From the NCBI RefSeq assembly GCF_009914755.1, contig NC_060938.1: a stretch of 64,000 nucleotides of DNA. One strand, 5' to 3'. The position numbers were made by a program, and so were the translations under genes. This DNA comes from the human T2T-CHM13v2.0 reference genome, Homo sapiens. Numbering within the stretch: the first letter of the stretch is position 1; each line of letters opens with the position of its first letter. Shown here one piece after another: positions 30,114 to 40,970 of this stretch. Below the pieces are notes generated by a model. The model was not told where the DNA came from. It made no database searches and saw only the letters and a program-made list of their open reading frames with translations.

Positions 30114-30400
30114 GGCGGGGCACAGTGGCTCATGCCTGTAATTCCAGCTTATTTAGCGGCCGAGGTGGGAGAATTGCTTGAGGCCAGGAGTTCCAGACTA
30201 GCTTGGGCATCTCTACAAAAAATAAGAAAAGAAATCAGCTGGGCATAGAGGCTTATGCCTGTAGTCCCAGATACTCAAGAGACTGAGGCAGGAGGATTGC
30301 TTGAGGCCAGGTGGTTGAGGCTACAGTGAGCCATGATTGCACCACTGTACTCCAGCTTGGGCAAAACAAACAAACAAAACCAAAACAACAACAACAACAA
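30114..30400 (+). mobile_element. AluJ with small deletions and (CAA/CAAA)n tail
   Basis: gaggcaggaggattgcttgag...gaggctacagtgagccatgat. Confidence 0.9.
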
Positions 30401-30401
30401 A

Positions 30402-30530
30402 CCTGACTCACTGAGCTTCAGTTTTCTTCTTTGTAAATGGGAATAAAAATAATAGTGGTTCTACTGGCCTCACACAGTTGCCTTGAGAACCAATTTAAAC
30501 AGAGTGTAGAAGTACACTATAAATCATCAC
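30402..30530 (+). mobile_element. MIR
   Basis: ctgagcttcagttttcttctttgtaaatgggaataa. Confidence 0.7.
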
Positions 30531-30679
30531 TGCACAAACATTTGCTATAACTAGCCTTGCTGCCATTATGTTTTTATCAGTTTATGTGAACATTTCTGCT
30601 TACACAATGTCATGAACAAGGAACTCAAAATCTTCTCTTTCTTTCAAGAGCCATTTCATAGCTCGCCCAAGCATTCAGC

Positions 30680-31220
<541 letters not shown>

Positions 31221-31922
31221 TCCTCTGACTTTCGGATTAGCCATGTAAGTGTCCAAGCTGAAAGCTGATTCTAAATCGAACTAAGCGCAATCACTTTGCT
31301 TTGAAAATATATGCAAGAAAGTGTCACTCTTGCCTTTTTTTGTTCTTAGAAAGTTCTTTCAAACTTCAAATACAGAATAGTTAGAATAAACGCTCAGGCA
31401 ATTGAGGACAAACTGTCAATATTTTCCACGAATACTGCTTTTCCTATGACTGAATTCTTGTCCTTTGAAAGAGCATCCTCTGACAAGAACAGTGAATGGC
31501 AAGACCCATTACATAATTATAAGATCCAAGAAAGAGGCAGGTGATGCGATTGAGGGGGACGCTATAGGCTTAGCCAATGGGAAATCCCGACCCAGATTCA
31601 AAAATTGACCACGCGTAAGTCAATAGATATGGAGAAATAAATGGGTTGCTCACATATCATTCGGGAGAATCTGAAATAAATCAGCAACTCAAAGGGCCAT
31701 CTAGTTTTGTCTTGAGCAAAAATGCCACTTTTAAGGGTAAGAAAATTATAAAATACAGAATGGTTTTTCCCTTAAATTTCAAAGGTTGCAAGAGATTTTT
31801 GCAAGCCTAATTTCTCTGGAACTTAATAGGAGAAAGAGCCTCTAGGAAAATTGAAAATGTATGGAAAATATAACTAAGGAAGTTCTTGATTTTTCTCCCT
31901 CTTCAATCAAATGTTCTCTCGT

Positions 31923-32298
31923 TGTATTAGTCTGTTCTCACACTTCTGTAAAGATAATACACAAGACTGGGTAATTTATAAACAAAAGAGGTTTAATTGA
32001 CTCACAGTTCCACATGGCTGGGGAGGCCTTAGAAAACTTACAATCATGGCAAAAGGAAAAGCAGGCACCTTCTTCACAATGTGGCAAGAGAGAGTGTGAG
32101 TGTGTGGAGGAGGAACTGTCAAACACTTATAAACCCATCAGATCTCTTGGGAACTCACTTACTATCACGAGAACAGCATGGGGGAAATCGCCCCCATGAT
32201 CCAATCACCTCCCACCAGGTCCCTCCCTGGACATGTGAAGATTATGGGGATTACAGTTCAAGATGAGATTTGGGTGGGGACACAGCCAAATCATATCA
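31923..32298 (-). mobile_element. THE1 (C/D-like) MaLR solo LTR, 376 bp
   Basis: tgtattagtc...cacagccaaatcatatca; perfect 5-bp TSD ctcgt (31918-31922, 32299-32303). Confidence 0.95.
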
Positions 32299-33900
32299 CT
32301 CGTGTTATGAAGGGCCCCCAAATTATGAGGAGGCCACTGTGGATTACAATGAAGTAGCAAAACTGGCCCAGGTAAACCTATTTAGATATGATTAGAATGA
32401 ATCCTACTCCCTTCCAAAATAATTGTTAAATTCTAGGCCAAAATTATTGGTTCTAAGGTACACTCTATTTTTCTAAAATTGGTGCTACTGGCATTAGAAT
32501 TTTGATTCCAAAGAAGACTATAACAATTACCTTGACCTATGAAAGATTTCAAGATTTATACAGTCATTACCAAACTACAATTTATGCTGGATCATGAACT
32601 ATGGTAAATGCTTCAGCAAAAGCTATGTGGTGTAACAGAGGCCACCCATTTCAGCAGAATAGGCTGTAGGAAGTTTTTCTAAACCTAATTGCAGGGGCCA
32701 TTTGGGTTAGAGTGAGGTTGCACTGTAAATCTGCCATTCTTAGAGGGCCAACTTTCTCAATGCATATTGAATCAATATTCCTGCTATGAAACTGTGTAAG
32801 CTAGATTCTGTGCCACTGTAGTAAAATGCTCCTCAATAAACTTGTTTTCACAAGAAGCTTGCCCACTCATGCGTCCCAAAGCTGTTGTAATCTTCATTGT
32901 TGAGGCTGATCTAACAGCAGGAACATTATTCTATTTCTTGACATGTTTAAAGTTCTCTAATGAATAAAGCTAACAGCTTATGGCTGCTACGACTGTCACT
33001 TGATTACCCCGAAGGGATTTTTTTTTTTGTCTTTAAAATTGGCCTCCTAGTTTGTTTTTAACTACTTTGTGCACAGAGGTCTGAAGGAGAAAGCAGATCA
33101 AAGATAGGCTAGCAACATAAAAAGCAGCTGTAGTTAATTAAAGGCAAATGAAGGACATCTGACCAGATTCTTTATGAGCCGCCTTGTCACACATTCAACA
33201 GTCTATAATCTCTGTGACCTTGTCCCTTGATCCTGAACTGTCGCCAAACCTGAGAAATGGATATGGCTCAAGTTATATACAAATGGAAAAAGGGAAGGGA
33301 TATTCAGGGTGTGGCTTAAGAAAGAGGAGGTAACGTGGCAGAAGAACACAATGACAGTGAAGTGACCGGCGATATGCAGAAGTCACCCAGGGTTTCCATT
33401 ATAAAGCAGTGAGTCTTTCCCATATTCAAAATAATTTGTCCTAAAGAGGTAAATGTAGGTAATCAGATTATAAAAGGTACTATTTGGGAGGTGAAACTAA
33501 TACTTATTCTCCTATGATTTGAAAGAAAATGAATTAAAAATATTTTTACAGTATGCACTATTTGAATTTTTCAAGCATTATAATTGTTCCTATTTTTAAA
33601 AAGTGATTCAAATCTAAAGCACTTAAGTAAAACAATGACTTTTTCTAAGTTGAAAAGGAATATATGTTCATTCAAAAAATAAAAAATTCCAGAAACATGT
33701 AAGAAAATAAAATTTCCCCCAAATCAGAGAGAATTCTGTCAAGATTTATATTTAAATCAATAGAAAAATATTTGGGATACAAATGGTAGGGAAAAAAGCA
33801 GCAAAGTAGCACAGTGCCTATGGTTGTAGATGGCCAAGATGACTCTAATGCATGGATGATGAAGCAACAGGTCTAGATTCTGGGAAGTTGTTTAATTTCT

Positions 33901-34198
33901 TTCCTTCCTTTTTTTTTTTTTAGATGGAGTCTCACTCTGTCGCCAGGCTAGAGTGCAGTGGCATGATCTCGGCTCACTACAACCTCTGACTGCCTGGTTC
34001 AAGCTATTCTCCTGCCTCAGGCTCCCAAGTAGCTGGGATTACAGACATGCGCCACCACACCCAGCTAATTTTTGTATTTTTAGTAGAGACGGGGTATCAC
34101 CATGTTGGCCAGGATGGTCTCGATCTCCTGACCTCATGATCCACCCCCTCAGCCTCCCAAAGTGCTGGGATTACAGGTGTGAGCCACCATGCCCGGCT
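33901..34198 (-). mobile_element. AluSc-like
   Basis: tcgccaggct and ggatggtctcgatctcctgacctcatg diagnostics; 19-bp TSD gggaagt(tg/ca)tttaatttct. Confidence 0.93.
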
Positions 34199-34739
34199 GG
34201 GAAGTCATTTAATTTCTATCAGCATCAGGAAAATGGCTGTGAGGGTCTGCACTGGTCCTTAAAAATGCATCTCCAGCATAGACAAAAGAAAAGCCATTGC
34301 AGTTTGTATGATCTCCAAAGCAACTGGACAGCTCCTGTCTCTGCCTGTTAACTTACTTTCTAGAGGCCCAGAAAAACACATACCATGCCCTCTATGGAGA
34401 TTGGGGATCATTGGAAAAATGCCAGCTTCATAGCATTGTGTAAGAAAATAGGGGGATCGTATCTCTAGGAAGGCTTTGAAAACTGCAAAGTAATACTTAT
34501 TATCTATTATTAGCAATAATTGAGATGCTATGGAGGACACCAAAATCAATAAGGACCTACCTTTGAGAGTTTTTTATCATGTACTTGGAGGAACAATATA
34601 AACAAAAATAAAATGTCAATAAAAAATTGAACATAAGTTCAACTTTACAGTGTAAGATGTGTGCAAGGTAACCATCAAATCAACTGCAAAAATCTGAGAA
34701 GAGGCTATGAAGTAAAGAGCATATATTTTTGGCTTGTTT

Positions 34740-34842
34740 GTTTTGTTGGTTGGTTGGTTGGTTTTGTTTAATTGACAGATAAAATTGTGTGTATTTACCA
34801 TGTACAACATATTTTTTGAAGTATGTATACATTGTGGATGCT
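34740..34842 (-). mobile_element. Short L1MA 3'-terminal fragment with (TTGG/TTTG) tail
   Basis: ttaattgacagataaaattgt...gtatacattgtgga. Confidence 0.75.
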
Positions 34843-35487
34843 TATTTTTTTAAAAAAACCTATCAGAACTAACCGACACAAACGAGTGCTACCCTTTCAA
34901 AGTTTTCACCTTGGCTATCATCTACAAACGTACTAAAAATACATTGCCACCAACTAAAACATTTTTGGTCTTTATAAGATTCCCTTGAGCTTGTGGTATA
35001 TAATCTTAAATAACCAATAGGCGTTTTTGAAGATGGATTAGGTTTTTGGAACGAACCAAGCATCAGATGGAACTAAGAGTGGTAAATACAGAAGCTTATC
35101 AGACTGGATGATATTACCTTAGATGCCAAAAGAGATATGGCCACAGAATAATGAAACTGATCACTGTGTGAAGGGTAAGTTATTTCTAAAAAATGTTCCA
35201 AGGGTGGGTGTCCAAAAATATTTGTATTAGGGCAGCACATTGAAATAAGGTACAGTTCAAGGAATAATATTGAATTCAGTGAATAAGTTCCGATTTCTTC
35301 TTTATTTAAAAAGTACTGCTTACTTTATATTCACACTTTGTAATTGCACAGGACTTCAGAGAAGGGAAATATGGAAAAGCTTTACAGTTTAATTCGGATT
35401 TGCTATTAAAGGACATAGAAGATATGGTTGGGAGAACAGACAAAGAGTGAATTTCAGGGAGGTGGAATGATATGTAAAAAATGATGA

Positions 35488-35780
35488 TGGGGCACAGAGG
35501 ATTTTTAGGGCAGTGAAAACTCTGTATGATACTATAATGATGAATACATGTCATTATACATTTGTCCAAATCCATAGACTATACCACACCAAAAGTGAAC
35601 CCTAATGTAAACTATGGCCTTTGATATAATGATATGTCAATGCAGGTTCACTGTGACAAATGTACTACTCCGGTATGGAATATTGACAGTGGGGGCATCT
35701 CTGCATGGGCCTCTGTACTTTCTGCTCAATTTTGCTGTGAAGATAAAACTTCCCTAAAAAGTCATCTATTTAAAAAATGA
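35488..35780 (+). mobile_element. L1MC-type 3' end
   Basis: ggatttttagggcagtgaaa...gtgaaccctaatgtaaactatgg. Confidence 0.85.
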
Positions 35781-35904
35781 TGGTGGGAAAGCATACAGCA
35801 TTGATGAGGAATGAGATGAAAGAAGAATTAGAAAGCATTCCCAGCAAAGGATAAAACACTAAATGAGATGGCCAAGTCCCAAGAAATGAGAGTATTTTAT
35901 TATG

Positions 35905-36122
35905 CACCGCACTATCCAGTAGAAGTTTCTTCCATAATGGAAATCTTTTATGATTTCCATCCTATCCAATATGGTAGCTACTAGCCTCATGTGGCTATTT
36001 AGCATATAAAATGTGGCTAGTATGACTGAAGAAATAATATTTTGTTTCTATTTACTTTTAATAAATTTAAATCTAAATAGCCACATTGCTGTGGTTGTGG
36101 ATACTTATATTGGATAGCTCAG
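35905..36122. mobile_element. MER3/MER33 hAT-Charlie MITE
   Basis: tccaatatggtagctactagcctcatgtggctatt...aatagccacat. Confidence 0.85.
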
Positions 36123-36129
36123 GGCAGAG

Positions 36130-36780
36130 CACAGAGTGATATGGTGGTTGTCATGAGAAATACAGATGGAGGGTTAAGTAGGTGGTAGCTAGATACTGGA
36201 AGAGCTTCCAGTTATGTTAAAAAGCATTAAATTTACCCCCAAGGAAGATGAGAAACTAAGAAAAAAATGAAGAAGGTAACTAGCATAATTGATTTACTAT
36301 GCTTTGAGTCTCAGGGCTTCAGTGAAAAGAATGGTATAGGTTTGGGGTGATAGTTTACTTGGAGGCAGAGGTGCCAAGGAAGAGGCTGTTGAATAATCCA
36401 GGCAAGAGTGTCCATAACCAGGATAGGAGGTGGCAGGGAAAATAGAGGGACTTAAGGGACATTTTAGAGATAAAGAGAAGGATGCATTGGAAGAATGAGG
36501 GAGGGAGAAGGAATAGATAACATGAGACTTGAGAATGGTAGATGGTGGTGCCATGCACTGAAAAACAGGTTTGAGGTGACATCCATGAAACCAGTAGGGA
36601 CACTTTGAGTACGAGGGGTCTGGTAGGCAACCAAACGGGATGATACGCAGTTAGAAGCCTTGCACATACAATGGCCACTGCAGCCTTGCAAGGGGATGAG
36701 ACCCTCCAGGGTAAGTCTGAAAGTGAGAAGATAAGATGCAAAGGACAAAACCCCAAGGAACACCAATTCCCTGATATGAT
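36130..36780 (-). mobile_element. L2
   Basis: gaggctgttgaataatccaggcaagag...gatggtggtgccat. Confidence 0.75.
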
Positions 36781-37689
36781 TTGTTTGCTTTTAAGTCAGT
36801 TTCATTTTCACCTCTGTTCAGGACAAATAGTAAAGCGTATTCAACTGCACTGGATATGAGCCTTTTAAATAAAATCCCCAAACTCACAGTCTCAGAACCT
36901 CACAGTTCTTTCTAAATAGGCAAGTCCTTGGGATTCTCTCCTCACTGTCAACCACATTTTTAGGACACACTGACATATAGAAAGTATTATTCCAAATTCA
37001 TGGGTTTTTCTTCTCATTCAGGACATAATGTCAGATAAAGCAGAATAGACTTGAATGCAAAAGAGAAAAATTTACTGGTAACATAACCTATATTAACTAA
37101 ATATGCTTTAAAATAAATTAATAAGTAAACAGTTGTCAAGAAAAAATCTGCCAGTGCATCTCTGTCCTGTAAATTTTTATCAAACAAATGTCCAGTGCCC
37201 CTCCTACATCAGTAAACCACCTACAAGTAATCACAACATGAAACAAGGGAATATATAGATTTTTTTTTAAGTGGAAGCATAATACAAACTCTCCTACCTA
37301 AATACGAACATTGGCAGTACCATTCCAAAGAACTGTAGTTTATTAGCAGTTTTTACTACACAAATCAGAGCATTAAAGAGGGTGCCAGTGCTTCTACATG
37401 ACACTTGTAATCATGAAGTGTAAAGGGATATAAGCGCTACTCTCAATTATTCAGGTGTATCAGACTGTCAAATGCTCTTATTTGGGAAAGCAGACCTAAT
37501 AAATTCACTGAGATGTTACTTGCTATACCTTACATATTTATAAAAACTAGGAGCCGATGCAAGTCTAAGTACAGAGATCATCATGGATCACTCTTATTTC
37601 AGGAATTCAACAGACACTTCTCCATAAATAGATTACAAGTGATCCTGCATTGGGTCGTTCTTTCATTGAATGACCTCTATTACTTAGCG

Positions 37690-38050
37690 TCTATAAAGTA
37701 TCAAAGCCTAGGGGGTTTTGAGTGTCAAGGTGAGCAGTTTGGACTTTACAAGTATGAAAAAGAAAGGTGTTAAAGCGATGGGAGATGAGATAGAGTACGG
37801 TAGCAACAGGACCTCACCATATTTCTAAAGGGAGAACTCTTGCACCAGAATTAGAGTGCAAAAAGTTGTGATTATTTGGGAAGGTTTTGTAACATTAGCT
37901 TGGATGAGAAAAAAATAGTGCCTGGAATTGGAAGTGGTGCTGGGGACAGAGAGAAAGGAATTAATCAGAAATATATTTAGAAGTTGATGTGAAATGAAGA
38001 AATAACTTTGAGGTTATTACCTGGGGGAATTCAATAGATGGTTTTGATCA
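37690..38050 (-). mobile_element. Degraded L2
   Basis: gagtgtcaaggtgagcagtttggacttta. Confidence 0.55.
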
Positions 38051-38509
38051 TATGAGGTATCTCTAAAGATTTTAATCATTTCGTGGCCTCTATTTGTGGT
38101 CTTCTCCTAGAAGTATCATGAAAATGCTAAGCATTCATTAGTGGCTTATTTCGGAATTACAGTCATTTCATCACTGAACAGCCCTGTCAATTAGTTAATG
38201 AACTGTAAAATTCTTAACTGAACCAGGAAGAGTTCTTTACATTAATTCTCTAAATCAAAGATGTTTTTAGTTGTATTCTGTTAATTCTGATTTGCTTCTC
38301 TAAACGAATTGTTACTTATCCTTCAGTGTGCTTTCTATTCCTATGTATTGTGATAAAAAAGTTAATTAGGTTTTAATATGATCAAAAGGAAATTAAACCC
38401 AGCCTGTTAGTTTTCTCACAAGCATCGTCATACCACAGATTTCTTACAGTTCAGCAGTGGCCATGAAGCAGGGACCTTCTACTCTTATGATGGCATTTCT
38501 TGTATCACT

Positions 38510-38795
38510 CCTACTACTGCTGATACAACTACTAATTCTATTACTACTACTATAACTACTACTGCCACCACTACCACTACTGAAACTGGCTTACTTTATT
38601 ACGTGCTTTCATGAATCAGAAACTGTTACATGTATTTTACATGTATTAATTCATTAACTCACTGCTGGCAACAGTAATCACAAAAGCACTCTGAAGAGAG
38701 TACCAATGAGTATCATATTTTATTAGACCACAAGGAAGAAGAGTAACTGCCCAAGGTCACAGAGCCATTAAAGGGCAGCGTTCGGATCCCATCCT
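38510..38795 (-). mobile_element. (CTA)n plus MIR (MIR tail resumes at ~39285-39315)
   Basis: gtaactgcccaaggtcacagagc...gctcttaaccact. Confidence 0.75.
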
Positions 38796-38804
38796 GGGGC
38801 AGAC

Positions 38805-39270
38805 TGTTATTTTGGAGGTCCCCAGCCAACAATCGTATTCCTGCCCTGATGGGGTGCCCTCCTGCAGTGACTCCAGGCTTGGCCACGTGACTTGCTATGG
38901 ACAACAGGACGTTAGTATGTGTTATATAAGCAGAGACTTGAAAAGCCACTTTCACACTGGTGTTTGCCTAGTCCATTTCTTTTAGGGACCCAGCACAAGT
39001 CACATGCAGAGGCCTCATTGGGGAGAACTGAGGCTCTCTAGTCCCAGCCAATAGCTGGCACCAACTGCCAGCTCTGCAAGGGAGTCTTGGCCACTGAAGC
39101 CCCAGCCACTATCTGATTGTAACTGCATGAAACACCCCATCAAGACCAGTAGGAGGATAACCCACATGAGCCCAGGCAACCCACAGAATTGTGAGAGATG
39201 ATAGAATGGTTGTCACTTTAAGCTCCTAGGTTTTGGAATGATTTGTTACACAGCAGTAGAAAACAAAACA
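38805..39270 (+). mobile_element. MLT1G/H-like LTR inserted in MIR
   Basis: ggcttggccacgtgacttgct...gttttggaatgatttgttacacagcagtag. Confidence 0.85.
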
Positions 39271-39589
39271 AAACCCAATCAGCTTGTCTATAAAGTGCAT
39301 GCTCTTAACCACTTTCTAGCCTAAACTGAAGTTACTTTCCTAATCATAAAAATATACATCATTTTTGAGCATTTACTTGCTGTGTGCTAATTATAACTAC
39401 TTATTTTTTAAATCTATATTTATAAAATGTTTTCTCTGTGTAGTATACTGTATATACTTATTATTATACATTTCTATCTTAAATCCAAAATGTATTTTGG
39501 GGATTAAAAACTAACAGACTGCCTATCCATTGCCAAGAAAAGTAGAAAGGATCTATTTCATTAACTTTGCTAAGAATTTATGGCAATGA

Positions 39590-39800
39590 TGTTCACTCAT
39601 TTATTCAATCATTCAACAAATAGTTAGCAGTTACTGCACAAATACTATGTTGCAGTAACCATGCTAAGCAGTCTACATACTTTTGTTCTCCACGGCCACC
39701 AGATATGAGAATGGGATGTACCAGGAACTGTGACTGAGGTCATGCGGCAGAGCAGGTAAGTGGCAGAGCCTGAATCCATGCCCAACTCAGTCTAACTTCA
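39590..39800 (-). mobile_element. L2 tail and MIR fragments
   Basis: ttcactcatttattcaatcattcaacaaata; gtaagtggcagagcc. Confidence 0.65.
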
Positions 39801-40692
39801 GGGTCCCTGTCTGCCCCTGCCCTCATTCTGCTACAATTGGTGCTGCTATACAAGCAGCAGGCACTAAACAAATCTGAGTGGATTACAACAATTACGGTCC
39901 TATAACCTGACTGAAGGCATTATTGAAGAGCTAGTCTCATTGGAAAGGTATCCAAAAGTGCCTATTCCTAGTCTCAATGTCAACTGATAGAGTACAATTT
40001 TAGATAAATCTATAAATCAGTTAAGAGTTTATACACAAACATAAATTAATGTTCAATGTATAAAGTTCTTTCACGTGGGTAAAAGTTTGCCCAAGTGTTA
40101 GACTTGCCAAGAATGTAAGCCTCTGTCTGGGTAAGTCTGTCTATAAATTCTTAGCTCAATTCCACCTAACTTGGACTAACCCAGTCAAGTTAGGTGCCCA
40201 TCTTATCTTGCACACAATGGATCACATTCAATTCTTATTTTCTACCAACCTGTCTAACTTTCCAGGCTCTCCCACCCATTCTGAACTGTGAGTACCTTGA
40301 GAATAAGAAATATTTTATCTATGCTGTCATACCACCTTTAGTGAAAAAATGAGTTCCTTCCTCCAACCTTTCTCCTTTTTTTTTCCCAGCAACCACTCAC
40401 TAGAGCTGTCCTTCAACCTGCCATTGGCTGAGAGAATTTTTTCTTTTGAAAGACAACAGCAGAAAACTAAGTTTTCATTATTTTGAAATCACTTTTTTCT
40501 TTTCATTTCAAAGGTGTTTAACTTATACAGTATGGGTTTAAGATTCAGAAAATGATGTAAAAAGAAAATTCCTAATACAAAGGCTAAAGTATAAGCCTAT
40601 ATATTACTTAGATAATTAAAATCCAAAATCTACCTGGGGAGGAAAAAAATTCCTTAAAGTAGAGGTAGAAGTAGTCATGTGTGAACTGAGAT

Positions 40693-40970
40693 TTTTTGTT
40701 TGTTTGAGACAGGATTTTTGTGTTGCCCAGGCTGGAGTGCAGTGAATGATCATGGGTCACTGCAACCTCCGCCTCTTGGGCTCAAGCCATCCTCCCGAGT
40801 AGTTGGGACCACAGGCTCAGGCCAACACACCCAGCTGATTTTTGACTTTTTTGTAAAGACAGGGTCTCATTATGTTGTCCAGGCTGGCCTCGAATTCCTG
40901 AGCTCAAGTGATCTTCCTGCCTCAGCCTCCCAGAGTGCTAGGATTACAGGTGTGAGCCACCACACCAGGC
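40693..40970 (-). mobile_element. AluJ
   Basis: Antisense Alu with J-type diagnostics and small deletions. Confidence 0.92.

Noticed and set aside
34765-34842. Inverted similarity to 26445-26495
   Set aside because: Both are L1MA 3' ends; shared consensus explains the match, so it is not counted as a local duplication.
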